64,000 bases of DNA from the IMG/VR virus record IMGVR_UViG_3300042090_002000, positions 1 to 64,000 of that record, one strand, 5' to 3'. The notes beneath the pieces are model-generated. The model saw nothing but the letters and a program-made list of their open reading frames with translations, was not told where the DNA came from and did no database searches. Positions 28,793 to 38,787 of this stretch are shown piece by piece. Position numbers and translations under genes: made by a program. Source of the stretch: a virus. Every line of letters starts with the position of its first letter. The first letter of the stretch is position 1.

Positions 28793-29360
28793 GATCACTC
28801 GCGCGCATAACTATCAAGACTGGACAGGGCGGGTTGTAGGCCACGTCACGGTGTTGGAACGCGGACCCAATGACGCACACGGGTCCGCGCAGTGGTGGGT
28901 CAAGAACGCTCTGAATGTGAATCCCGACGAAGCATATTTGCTGCCACGGCGCACACTTTGGCGAAAGTGTACTGGACGGCGTCCGCGAGTGGGAGACGGT
29001 TTTCAAAAGAAACATGCGGCGGTCTATCGGTCGGTCATAAACCATTTCAAGTGGATTTATAATCCACACAACCCGGCAAGGTATCACGGGTACAAAGGAA
29101 TGCCCGCATACAGTCCATGGAATCCGGCAGGCGGGCCGTTGGCCATCGCAAAAGCCGTGCGGGCCATTCTTACGGAGATCGGTGATAAACCGGGACGAGA
29201 CTACAATCTACACATCATTGACAAACGTGTGGGGTTCTGGCCCGGGAATCTGATGTGGATTCCGGTAGTAGAGCACAAGCGGGCAGAGTTATTGAACCGA
29301 TTGATTGAAGAGAACCGTCGGCTGCGGAAAGAAATTGCGGTTTTGCGAGGTGATCAGTGA
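28779..29360 (+). CDS. Degenerate HNH-type homing endonuclease
   Basis: DWTGRVVGHVTVL; IGDKPGRDYNLHIIDKRVGFWPGNLMW resembles the ...MGERP..SIDRID..GY.PGNCRW family. Confidence 0.65.
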   Translation: MMPSKITRAHNYQDWTGRVVGHVTVLERGPNDAHGSAQWWVKNALNVNPDEAYLLPRRTLWRKCTGRRPRVGDGFQKKHAAVYRSVINHFKWIYNPHNPARYHGYKGMPAYSPWNPAGGPLAIAKAVRAILTEIGDKPGRDYNLHIIDKRVGFWPGNLMWIPVVEHKRAELLNRLIEENRRLRKEIAVLRGDQ

Positions 29361-29722
29361 GCGCGCTACCTTTTTCTGAGAGAACAACGTCTTCCGTAGC
29401 GGTTTTCGCGTGCATCTTCATTGCTTCGCCGCAGGGCGCGCAGTCTTTGTCACCATCTGTGCCGTTGCTGAGCGCGCTGGCTCTGGAGTACGCGCAGCTT
29501 ACGAACATATACCCCACGCTCATACACCAAGACGTTGCGAACCAGCAAGTGAAGCTGCAGGCTGCGATCACGTCGGCAATCGCCATAGTCACGTCGCTGG
29601 TCACAACTCTGCTGAATATGACGGCCACCGGCGACAATCTTTTTGTGCTGGAACATTACCAGATCGTCGCGACAAACGCACTGACGAATCTAAAAGCGGC
29701 GCTGGTTGTCGGAACGGAGTAG
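29357..29722 (+). CDS. Hypothetical protein
   Basis: Translationally coupled ORF. Confidence 0.5.
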   Translation: MSALPFSERTTSSVAVFACIFIASPQGAQSLSPSVPLLSALALEYAQLTNIYPTLIHQDVANQQVKLQAAITSAIAIVTSLVTTLLNMTATGDNLFVLEHYQIVATNALTNLKAALVVGTE

Positions 29723-29725
29723 GGG

Positions 29726-30076
29726 ATGAACGCCACGACAGGTTCTATCTGCCCGCACTGCAACTATCATGTGTTCCTGAGTGAGCGTGAGATTTTTCTG
29801 AACGTATGTTATGTGTGCCGTCGGTATGGCCTGTTATTGGGCCGCTGGCCAAATCCATTGGAGGCAAAAAACATGGTAATCCAATTGACAGACGAACAAA
29901 TTTCTCGCGTGTTGTTTTTATGCAATTTGATCGGAGCCATCTACTATTCGGTGCCACAGCCGCCGAAGGGTGTCGGCATGGCCGCGACCTCTGATCTCGA
30001 AATTGCCAAGATCGTTCGTGCCAGCCTTGAACACGAGAACGACGCCCTGCTTGAACTTGGCGCGCTGCTACGGTAA
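29726..30076 (+). CDS. Hypothetical protein
   Basis: ORF in operon; CxxC pairs. Confidence 0.45.
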   Translation: MNATTGSICPHCNYHVFLSEREIFLNVCYVCRRYGLLLGRWPNPLEAKNMVIQLTDEQISRVLFLCNLIGAIYYSVPQPPKGVGMAATSDLEIAKIVRASLEHENDALLELGALLR

Positions 30077-30330
30077 TGCTGTGTTCTTCAGGCAAGGTTC
30101 TTTATGGCAATCAGGCCGCAGCATGGAATGCGGCGGCGGTCTGCATTTCGAAGGGGGTTTTGTCGGACATGCAGATTTACGTCTGTCCGTTTTGTAGACA
30201 CTATCATTTGCGAACGGCTAAGGTACAATTGCATGAATGGTGGTGGCGGCCCGCGTCTTGGGTAATGCGCCCAAAGATTCGGAACTGGTTTCGTCAACGA
30301 GGCACTATTGATCAATGGGATAACGATTGA
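30076..30330 (+). CDS. Small Zn-binding phage protein
   Basis: CSSGKVLY...AA...YVCPFCRHYHL. Confidence 0.6.
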   Translation: MLCSSGKVLYGNQAAAWNAAAVCISKGVLSDMQIYVCPFCRHYHLRTAKVQLHEWWWRPASWVMRPKIRNWFRQRGTIDQWDND

Positions 30331-30388
30331 CATGTTTTGCTTGACAAACCACCCACGATAGTGCAGTATATCTGAGAGGAGAACATAT

Positions 30389-30631
30389 ATGTTTCAGTTT
30401 TTCAAGGATGTGTGGGAGGCTGTCCGTGAGTGTCGAATCACTCATGAACAGATTTTGTGGGAAGACGCTGTGAAGCAATTTCTGCTGAACGATGGTGCGG
30501 ACTGGCCGGGCGGTGATGAAATGAAGATTGCGCTGGGAGAGACCATCTATATGATGAGACTGCATGAGTCACCCTGCAAAGAGCGGGCGCTGGCGCGCTC
30601 GAACCTGTCATACAGGTGGGTGCTTGGATGA
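30389..30631 (+). CDS. Small protein paralogous to part of the scaffold protein
   Basis: WEDAVKQFLLNDGADWPGGD vs scaffold WVHATDQFLQGAGADWPGGD; GAGGAG RBS. Confidence 0.65.
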   Translation: MFQFFKDVWEAVRECRITHEQILWEDAVKQFLLNDGADWPGGDEMKIALGETIYMMRLHESPCKERALARSNLSYRWVLG

Positions 30632-31510
30632 TTGTGGCGATCACGACTGTCTCGCATTCCGCGATGCGGCATACGAGTTGCTGGCTGCAGTCGATCTCGC
30701 GAAAACTCGCTCTCTAAAAAACCCCATCACAAGGGATGAGTTGCGCGAGGAACTTACGAAAGCTGGTCGATCTTTTGATGGTCGCGTCACGAATGGGAGC
30801 TTGGCGGCACAGATGCGCGTGCTTGAAACGCGCCCAGTTTGAAGGCTCATCCCACCCAAAAAATTCAATGAGAAAAATTGAAAAGTGAATTTCCTTTTTT
30901 ACTTTTTTCAAAACGGACTTATCTCCTTGAAATTTCCCGGCGTGGTTCAGTACCGGTACTCCTGCACGTCGAGGGCCGTTTTTTCGCAAGCATTTTCAGG
31001 GCCAATCCGCAAATCCTTGATTCGGCGCATGTTAGCCCAAATGCGCCCGCGCGCCCGCTCCGCCGGGCTTCAAACCGCGTTTAGACAGACTCCCAGAGCG
31101 GGCGGAATTCGCGAGGATACCGGGTGCGGCGCGTACTTCGGCGCGCGTCTGGGCTTCCAGCCCATACCGCTAGGTTTCGATGCGCCTAGCAGGCTGCAAA
31201 CGCGAAATGCCACCCCGCCGGGCTGCTGGGAGTCCGCCGGGCCATTGTATCGAGTCCAATCATCTGTGCCCGAAAAATCGGGAGTCTGGGTTTCGCAGTC
31301 TTCCGCATGGGCTCGATCAATTGAAAACGGGGATGTCGCATGCTGGGAGTACTCCCCTAAATCCGATGTGTCTGGGCTTTCATCACACTGTGAAATGATT
31401 TGTACTGATATGATGCGTTTGCCGTTTTTCATGGCGCGTCTGTCCCTTCTTAGTCGAATTGGAGCGGGTGTGCTCCGCAAGGGACTCCAGAGAGTCCGAT
31501 GCGCAGAACA

Positions 31511-31954
31511 TCACGCGGGGTTAATTTCTTTGCCCGTTTCCACAGAATAGACGGGGTACGGCGCGCGGGTCTCTTCGAACCAATCATGGCCCAGACAAAA
31601 AGTTTTGATTCCATCGGGCATGGGGTTATCAAGGTTACCCGCGCCGGGCACGCACGGGGAGCAAAATTGCGCAAACGTGTAGTATGGGGATTTGATAACG
31701 AAGACATCACTATCAAGACAGTCGCATAATTGGTAACCCCCGGATTCATAGGAAAAGCCTAGCAATTCATCTGAGAATACCTCGGATGAATCAAGGTACA
31801 TTTTACAGGATTCGCAAGCGTAATCTGCACACGCGTGTCGATCACTATCATACCCGTAATGTTTTTCTTCCTCGAATGTTACCGCGTTATTGCCACAGTA
31901 CGGACAGTGTGGAGTCCCATAATCTTGCTCGAATGTGTCCATGCATTCCGCCAT
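31511..31954 (-). CDS. Hypothetical Cys-rich early protein
   Basis: CPYC, CESC, FCSPCVPGAGNLD. Confidence 0.6.
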   Translation of the reverse strand: MAECMDTFEQDYGTPHCPYCGNNAVTFEEEKHYGYDSDRHACADYACESCKMYLDSSEVFSDELLGFSYESGGYQLCDCLDSDVFVIKSPYYTFAQFCSPCVPGAGNLDNPMPDGIKTFCLGHDWFEETRAPYPVYSVETGKEINPA

Positions 31955-32125
31955 GATGGAATGCAGAGAGATTACCCCGTAGCGGATACCGCTTGCTGTG
32001 TCAATATTGCTCTGGCCCCGGCCATAATCAATTCCAGCATATGCCGTGTTAGGTACCCCGTTAGATTAGATGTGTGCTCCGCGATTGGCACGGAAGGGTC
32101 CGCACCGCACGCGCAACACACTAGG

Positions 32126-32929
32126 TTAATTGTGATTCTCAGCTTCAATCCGCGTAAGATAAAAATGAATTCCACCTGCGCATTCTTGCCAGCGATCATT
32201 ACACCATTTATCACAGGTGACCGTCTGTCCTTTGGTATAGGTTACGGATGAGTCATGTTGAGATATTCCTATGGTAGCGCCGAATACCTCTACAACGCGA
32301 ACCGATTGGGCGCGGCATTTTCGGCTGGTTGCGTTAGAGCGGGGAGTTTTTGCGGAGATTAACAATTTGACAATAACATTGTTTCGGCATTTTTTCCACC
32401 CAATGATTACCCCTTCGGGCAAAATGTTAGATTGTGCATCAGCAAGAGCGGAAATATTTTTCGCGCCGTACAGGTTCGCGCGGTTCAGGTTCGCGTCGCT
32501 CAGGTCCGCGCGGCTCAGGTTCGCGCCGATCAGGTCCGCGCCGTACAGGTTCGCGCGGTTCAGGTTCGCGTCGCTCAGGTCCGCGCGGCTCAGGTTCGCG
32601 CCGATCAGGTCCGCGCGGCTCAGGTTCGCGCCGATCAGGTCCGCGTCGCTCAGGTCCGCGCGGCTCAGGTTCGCGCCGATCAGGTCCGCGCGGCTCAGGT
32701 TCGCGCCGATCAGGTCCGCGCCGATCAGGTTCGCGCCGTTCAGGTTCGCGTCGCTCAGGTCCGCGTCGCTCAGGTCCGCGCCGATCAGGTTCGCGCCGAT
32801 CAGGTTCGCGCCGTTCAGGTTCGCGCCGTTCAGGTTCGCGCTAGATTTGATTGCTTCTATCAATAGATCTTTAATTGTGGTAACTGCCGCTGAAAAAACA
32901 ATGGTTCCATAAACATTTTGTAAATCCAT
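32126..32929 (-). CDS. Pentapeptide-repeat protein with DUF5758-like C-terminus
   Basis: A(N/D)LxG/R repeats; GWKKC...RKCRA...W.ECAGGIHF. Confidence 0.9.
   Translation of the reverse strand: MDLQNVYGTIVFSAAVTTIKDLLIEAIKSSANLNGANLNGANLIGANLIGADLSDADLSDANLNGANLIGADLIGANLSRADLIGANLSRADLSDADLIGANLSRADLIGANLSRADLSDANLNRANLYGADLIGANLSRADLSDANLNRANLYGAKNISALADAQSNILPEGVIIGWKKCRNNVIVKLLISAKTPRSNATSRKCRAQSVRVVEVFGATIGISQHDSSVTYTKGQTVTCDKWCNDRWQECAGGIHFYLTRIEAENHN
32468..32841. repeat. 15-bp coding tandem repeats (pentapeptide)
   Basis: Recurring caggt(t/c)cgcg.... units. Confidence 0.9.
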
Positions 32930-33000
32930 TTGGTGTCCTCTTTTCTGAAACGCCGTGCGTTTCGGGAAACCCTCATAGACTGAGGGAAACCCGGAAAGCA

Positions 33001-34020
33001 TTACGCTTCCGTTTCTTCACAGTCCGCCGGTATATTCAAGGCTTCCAATTCGGGCGCGATGCGTTCAATTTCCGAATAGGGGATGACATGGCATCCGGCA
33101 TGTAGAGTCCCGTCTGCATCGATTCGATCAATCGGATAGTGGACCAAATGCAGAGTGTGGCCGTTCCGCACATACGGGACTTGCTTCGCCATAACGGCGC
33201 GCACGAATCGCAACCCGCGCGCCGCGTGTTCAATCGGCACCTGTGCGCCGAGCGAAGTTTCGACAACGGATGTTTGCGCCGTTTCTCCATATGCAATGCG
33301 GAGCATTACCGGGAGTCCGCCTAGACAGCTTGAAACGTGCGCGCCGTTTCGCCATTCTTGCGCACATTCCGCCCTGCGTTTCTCACGCGCGATATTTTCC
33401 TGCTTGGTTTGTTCCGCACGTTCGGCGGATTTTTTCGCCTCTCTAGCCTTGACCGCTTCCAATTCTTTGGAGTCCAGAGCGGGCACAACTGGCAAGGCGG
33501 GTAGTGCAAGCCCGAAAAACTGAGCGTATGCGGTCACTTCCGAAACGAGTTTTTCTGCCGTGTCGTGTGCCCATTGTTTGTTCCAAGACGAGCGGGCGCG
33601 CGCCGAAGTGACTATTTCCGTTTCGATACGCTTCAGGTAGTCCGCGATATTTTCATCATGGCGGAATTTCGCTGGCCCGTTGTTAGAAACCATAACATTA
33701 GGGACATGGAAGCGGATAGTAGATTCTGGAATAGCGGAGCGGACCGCCGATTGATGCCCGGAAGTGGTAACGCTGTATGATGCCGTGTTTATCGTGACCG
33801 CAGTCCGGCCCGCTTCGTTTGTGACGTGGTGTGCGATTGGGAAGTGTGAGCCATATGAAAAAATGGTTTCATTTTCGAAGTACAGCGAACGATTCGAATT
33901 GCGCCCGCTCGCCTGTGTCTTGTGGAACCACAGGTGCGGAATTTCGCCAGATGCGAATACTTGCTTTCCGCGCGGGCTTGCTACCGGGGGATTCTCTGAT
34001 CGTCTACGCTTTATGCTCAT
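33001..34020 (-). CDS. Hypothetical early protein
   Basis: IFSYGSHFPIA...YSVTTSGHQ...AGCHVIPYSEIER; GGAG RBS. Confidence 0.7.
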   Translation of the reverse strand: MSIKRRRSENPPVASPRGKQVFASGEIPHLWFHKTQASGRNSNRSLYFENETIFSYGSHFPIAHHVTNEAGRTAVTINTASYSVTTSGHQSAVRSAIPESTIRFHVPNVMVSNNGPAKFRHDENIADYLKRIETEIVTSARARSSWNKQWAHDTAEKLVSEVTAYAQFFGLALPALPVVPALDSKELEAVKAREAKKSAERAEQTKQENIAREKRRAECAQEWRNGAHVSSCLGGLPVMLRIAYGETAQTSVVETSLGAQVPIEHAARGLRFVRAVMAKQVPYVRNGHTLHLVHYPIDRIDADGTLHAGCHVIPYSEIERIAPELEALNIPADCEETEA

Positions 34021-34272
34021 TGTTCATTTGCTCCGATGTGAATTTTTACTCTCAGCTACCAGCAATTCAAATGCCAAGCACATGATTTGTATCATCGAAC
34101 GCAACGCGCGAGGATTCTACCCATAACTGGCCCTGCCCGTCTACGGGCGTCACCTGAAAGTCTGTGCGCCCGAATGTAACGCGCACGTCCATGACTGTGA
34201 CGCGCACGCGCAAAGTCTGAATGGTTAAGAGTCCCGTTTTGCCAATGTTAACGGCCATCTCACGTACGCTCA

Positions 34273-34590
34273 CTATCGCACCGCCTTGGAGAATTTTTTG
34301 GGAACGCGAAACCCGAAAAGCGTACGCGGCATAACTGGCCCATGCGCAATGTTGGCCAGCATGATAAACGGCAGGCCGGTAAAGACAAGCCCAAGGCATA
34401 GCGCCGCGCGGACTGTGAAACGCGGGCGCGCGATAGGCGCGGAAGGAATCGCTGATAGGGTTTCCGCTTCGTCCATCTCGCACGCGGCGCGGAACAAATC
34501 CAACGCGCGATTAGGTTCCGTTTGAATCAAGTCTATTGCGTGGCGAGTGATAAAATCCTTGCGCCGTTCCGTTCCCTTATAGGTGTCCAT
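34273..34590 (-). CDS. Hypothetical membrane protein
   Basis: GGAG RBS; one TM. Confidence 0.45.
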   Translation of the reverse strand: MDTYKGTERRKDFITRHAIDLIQTEPNRALDLFRAACEMDEAETLSAIPSAPIARPRFTVRAALCLGLVFTGLPFIMLANIAHGPVMPRTLFGFRVPKKFSKAVR

Positions 34591-34701
34591 TAGATAAGCT
34601 CCAATCCTTTGAGTATGCAGAACAAAAACCAACTGATTGCCGCACCGATGAGAATGTATTCCATGTTGCTTGTGCTCCCTTGCGTTTCTTATTACTCTAC
34701 C

Positions 34702-34744
34702 AGTATAAGTATGTGGCTAATGAAACGCAATAGTACCAAGGTAC
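34702..34744 (-). promoter_or_regulatory. sigma70 promoter with GTAC-N4-GTAC box
   Basis: Minus strand: GTAC-cttg-GTAC-ta-TTGCGT-17-TATACT. Confidence 0.7.
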
Positions 34745-34760
34745 TGATTTTTAGCCTAAC

Positions 34761-35078
34761 TTAGTCCGGCAAACTCTCGATTGCATCCCAGACGAGGGTA
34801 ACAATCCCTTCCGCGTTGCTGGCCACCCATCGCAGATGTTCGGCGCGGGCTTCCGCGTCTACTATGGCGTTTTGAATGGACACGCGCAAGGCGCGGGCGG
34901 GCGCGGATTCGTACTCTTTTTCTGTGACCGTCTGACACTGCCCGAAGGATTCATCCAATGCGTGCTTTAGATTCCACATACGGGACATATCATGCCGGGC
35001 GCATTTGATGGCCACTTCTAGCGCGCGGATAATCTGCTCGCCTTGCCTTGCTGATTTGATTCTAATGGGATTGCTCAT
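34761..35078 (-). CDS. Hypothetical early protein
   Basis: GGGAG RBS. Confidence 0.55.
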   Translation of the reverse strand: MSNPIRIKSARQGEQIIRALEVAIKCARHDMSRMWNLKHALDESFGQCQTVTEKEYESAPARALRVSIQNAIVDAEARAEHLRWVASNAEGIVTLVWDAIESLPD

Positions 35079-35775
35079 TATCTTTTTCTCCCGATTTGAT
35101 TTTACTCTCTGCTACCGGGCGCGCGTGCTAGACCGCTTGAAGATTCGATGTGTGAATTTGAACGGACCGATTCGTCCCATCCCACAAAACGCGGACATAT
35201 ACATACCATTGCGCGTATCCGCCGGTATCAATGGCCGTGACTGTCCCCCGTTTTTCAGGGTAGAGCGGATGACAAACTCGCGCACCTAGTTGGAATTTTC
35301 GCATCGTATTTTCCCTCTCTCTCTCTCTCTGGGCGGTCTTAAACCCGCTCCGCATAGTTGGCCGCTAGGTATTGGTAGGTTTCGGATTCGCGCATCTCAT
35401 TGCAAATCGTTGACGAAAAATTGCACGGGCCCAGACGGCAGAGCAGGCGGTACCCCCTGCTCCATTGTCCCCCGTGATAATCCATTAGAAAAACGGCCAA
35501 TTCAGAGTAATTTTCCTTCCGAATTTTTCGCATATCGTTTCCTTTCTTCGTGCGGTCCGCTTTCCAGTTGGTCCGCTCCGATTGCATTCAAAATGCGCGC
35601 TTCGAATTCAAACCGCATCCCGCCACAGTTGGACAGGGTTAATACTTGACACATGGCGGGCCGGTATATTGGTTGCGCCCGCAGTATGGACAGATAGCTA
35701 CCGCTTGCCGGGCTTGTTCGGCACGTTTCGCGATCGCAGAGAAGAGGGTTTCCAATGCTTGATAGATTCGAATTT

Positions 35776-36009
35776 TCATGGTTTCATCTCCTCAGTGTCG
35801 GGCAGGTTGTGCCGTTGATAGGTTAAGCCAATGCGCTCCGCTTGTGGGGGCCGATTGCCATTAGCCCATATAACATCTGAGTTTCCGGCCCTATAGCCCG
35901 TCAAGTAATCGAAGGCATAAATGCCAACTACACCTACCGGGCCGGGTTCATACTTCCGCTCTCTATGGGCTTTGGCATCCGCATACCCCGCTTGCCATGC
36001 TGCGTTCAT
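35776..36009 (-). CDS. Hypothetical early protein
   Basis: First gene after the 36048 promoter; GAGG RBS. Confidence 0.55.
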   Translation of the reverse strand: MNAAWQAGYADAKAHRERKYEPGPVGVVGIYAFDYLTGYRAGNSDVIWANGNRPPQAERIGLTYQRHNLPDTEEMKP

Positions 36010-36047
36010 TTTTGTATCCTCTCAATTGGCGTTCCTATTACTCTGCT

Positions 36048-36090
36048 AGTGTACGTTTGCCTGTAATGAATTGCAATAGTACTTTGGTAC
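36048..36090 (-). promoter_or_regulatory. sigma70 promoter with GTAC-N4-GTAC box
   Basis: Minus strand: GTAC-caaa-GTAC-ta-TTGCAA-17-TACACT. Confidence 0.7.
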
Positions 36091-36580
36091 TGATTTTCGA
36101 TAGTACTCGCTGGCCCAGCGCATCGCGCGGTCCGCGTTCCATAGGGGATGCCGGGCGCGCTGGGAATGTCGCGCTATCGAAGCCACGCGCCGCGCCACAG
36201 TTGGGCACACAAGGTTAATCCTCATGCCCGCACAGACAGAGTTAGTAGAGAGCACAGGACAGGTACAGCAGATAGGTTAGGGTAAAGGGATAGGTGAATG
36301 GGTTTGTGAGTGTGGCTAGGCTGCTATTCGCAGTGCGGGCCATTTGTGGCAGGTGTTGCGAGTCTGTGGGACAGACTACCGTGCGTTTGTCGCACGGCGG
36401 ACCGATAGTGCGGACTCATACCGGTATCGGTGGGATGCGCCGTGGTGCGCACGACACCACATAGCTATAGACGGGTTTGCACTGCGATAGCAGGTGCGGC
36501 GTGTAATTTTTGCGTGGTGCGGCATGATGCGGAGTTCCACACTTTTGTGTCTAAATGATACAAAATTGTGTCTTTTTTGC

Positions 36581-36645
36581 CTATGAAAATCCATATATTT
36601 CCGAAATCACCTATGATTTTTCATATATTCTATGGTTTTTCATAG
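36581..36645. repeat. Three CTATG-N6-CATA(T/G) palindromic repeats in an AT-rich tract
   Basis: Copies start at 36581, 36611 and 36630. Confidence 0.65.
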
Positions 36646-36712
36646 ATTGCGTGGTTTGCTAAGTCTTCTATCATCATGAAACTATTACAATTCTCTTTTT
36701 TGTCGTACTTTT

Positions 36713-37096
36713 GTGGGAATACATCGGCACAAACTAATAGACTTAGCGTTTCATAAACAGAGGGGATTTATGAGAGCGAAATGTTTGCACACCGTTGACC
36801 GCGTTCCCGATTCCAAGGGCGCGATGATATGCCCGCAATGTCGGAGCATTTGGCGTAGACAGCGCCGCAATCAAAAGACAGGCTTTGCGGCGATATGGGA
36901 TGCCCAGCACGGCCTGTGCGCGTTCTGCGGGCTTTTGTTGGCCGACAATCGCACCACGCATCGAGACCATAATCATGTGACCGGTGCAACGCGCGGGCTT
37001 GTGCATAGTGAATGTAATCAGATGATTGGCAGGATTGAGAATGCTGTGGCGCAAGTCGGATGGGCTCGCATCAAGGCATACATCGGGCGCGCATAG
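36713..37096 (+). CDS. Endonuclease VII-type homing endonuclease
   Basis: QHGLCAFC...DHNHVTGATRGLVHSECN. Confidence 0.85.
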   Translation: MGIHRHKLIDLAFHKQRGFMRAKCLHTVDRVPDSKGAMICPQCRSIWRRQRRNQKTGFAAIWDAQHGLCAFCGLLLADNRTTHRDHNHVTGATRGLVHSECNQMIGRIENAVAQVGWARIKAYIGRA

Positions 37097-37324
37097 ACTT
37101 TGCTCGCTGCTCCACCCAGCGCCCGCGTTGCGTGTTCGATGTGTACTGATTACAAAGCACTTAGTGATGGCTATTCGATTGCAGGGCGGAGTTTGGCAGG
37201 GAAATTGCAGGGGGTCCCTTGGGGTACTAGTACGGGATAAAAACGCCCCAAGGTCCCCGGGTGCCCAGCGTAGCTTGACTACACCCCCCTTACACATACA
37301 CTTACAGTCGGTTACATTTTTTCC

Positions 37325-37353
37325 TTGACAATTTCCGCAGGGACCCGCATAAT
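37325..37353 (+). promoter_or_regulatory. sigma70 promoter of the rightward operon
   Basis: TTGACA-17-CATAAT. Confidence 0.7.
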
Positions 37354-37413
37354 CCCACATGTTGCATGGGTCCCATCTGAAGGGTCCCATCTCGCACCGT
37401 AAGGAGCACGCAC

Positions 37414-37689
37414 ATGATCAGAAGATTCTTGGATTGGCTGGAAACATGGGCATTCGATGAAGACAACATCTTCATTGGATGCGGGAAGATTTTATTGATT
37501 TGCACTATCGTGATTGCGATCATCGCTGTTCCGTTGGTCATTTGGGATGACAGTCGGCCCTCGTTCACTCTGCAGAAAAGGGAATGGTCCTGCACAGAGT
37601 CGCATGAAGAGTGGCGCGATGTTCCGATGGGCCGAACAGTGGTACCACAAGTCGTTTCGGTGTGTGACAACTATCGTCGAGTGAGGTGA
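37414..37689 (+). CDS. Hypothetical membrane protein
   Basis: AAGGAG RBS; one TM. Confidence 0.6.
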   Translation: MIRRFLDWLETWAFDEDNIFIGCGKILLICTIVIAIIAVPLVIWDDSRPSFTLQKREWSCTESHEEWRDVPMGRTVVPQVVSVCDNYRRVR

Positions 37690-37692
37690 TCT

Positions 37693-37890
37693 ATGCATAT
37701 TGGGAGTAATCTCAACGCCCCGGCGCAAGTTTTGGCTGCGCGCTTGCAGGTTTTATATAACGATCAAAATAATGCCAAGCAGACTTTGATGGACCAAGAG
37801 AAGCGACTTGCAAAGATCAATGCCGAAATTGAGGGAACGAATCGAGCGATCAAAATTTTGAATGATGCGTCTCATCAGGAGAAACCATGA
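37693..37890 (+). CDS. Coiled-coil hypothetical protein
   Basis: GAGGTG RBS. Confidence 0.55.
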   Translation: MHIGSNLNAPAQVLAARLQVLYNDQNNAKQTLMDQEKRLAKINAEIEGTNRAIKILNDASHQEKP

Positions 37891-38056
37891 ACGACGTGGC
37901 GGTGTTCAACGCGGAAGATGGCCTGTGGTATAAGCAAGGCACCAATTATGGTGGCGTGAAGGCGGCCACTTACCCCGACGCTGTCGAACAACTCTACGGC
38001 CATGCTCCGGTGATCCCACCGGTCAAGCGCGAGGCCCGGCGAAAGGAAGAGGCAGC

Positions 38057-38422
38057 ATGAAAGTTTATTACGCACACTGCATGGCGCTCTACAACACCCC
38101 GCAGGAACGCCGCGATCTGGAAACACTGGCGGCGATGGGCTTCGAGGTTGTCAACCCCAACTCTCCGTGGATCGAAGCGGAGATGGCGAAACTGACGCCG
38201 GACGCGCGCATGTTTTGGTTCGAGCGTTTCGCGGACGAGTGTGACGCTATCGCGTTTCGCGGTCTACCTTCGTCGGACAAGATTCCTTCTGGCGTCGCGA
38301 CGGAAATTAATTGGTTCTACCGCCGCCAGAAACCAGTGATCGAATTGCCGTCGCTGGCGGGAGCGCGCGTCATGACTCTCGAAGATACGCGAATCTATTT
38401 GCGAGAGGTAGGACAGCGATGA
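38057..38422 (+). CDS. Nucleoside 2-deoxyribosyltransferase-like (NDT) protein
   Basis: KVYYAH, GFEVVNP, CDAIAF, SGVATEINW...KPV. Confidence 0.65.
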   Translation: MKVYYAHCMALYNTPQERRDLETLAAMGFEVVNPNSPWIEAEMAKLTPDARMFWFERFADECDAIAFRGLPSSDKIPSGVATEINWFYRRQKPVIELPSLAGARVMTLEDTRIYLREVGQR

Positions 38423-38787
38423 CGCCGGAAGAAATTCAACGTAATCCTGATAGCGACGCCCTCATCTTCTGGCTCAAAGAGATCGCGTATCAACTCGCGG
38501 TTATGAATGAGCGAAATGCGCCGCCTGCGAACAATGTTGTCTGGCCCGGGACAACTACCTCAATGCAGCCCGGCGAGACTTTCGAAGTCAAAATTACTTC
38601 AGTGGGTACCGAAGAACCGATTCACGACTGCCGCTGGCACACGTCGCCAGAACCTGTCGATGACCGATGTAGGGGTGTAGCATTCCGCCTTAACACGTCG
38701 GCGTATGAATTTCCCCCTTGTATTCACATGCCCATGGGTGGTAGAGTGCAATGCGCCGTCTGCTACAAGATGAAAGGGCACGCATGA
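38419..38787 (+). CDS. Hypothetical protein
   Basis: ATGA overlap with the upstream gene. Confidence 0.5.
   Translation: MTPEEIQRNPDSDALIFWLKEIAYQLAVMNERNAPPANNVVWPGTTTSMQPGETFEVKITSVGTEEPIHDCRWHTSPEPVDDRCRGVAFRLNTSAYEFPPCIHMPMGGRVQCAVCYKMKGHA

Noticed and set aside
32468-32841. Regular repeats as a possible CRISPR array
   Set aside because: They are 15-bp in-frame pentapeptide coding repeats with no unique spacers; the + strand repetitive ORFs here are shadows.
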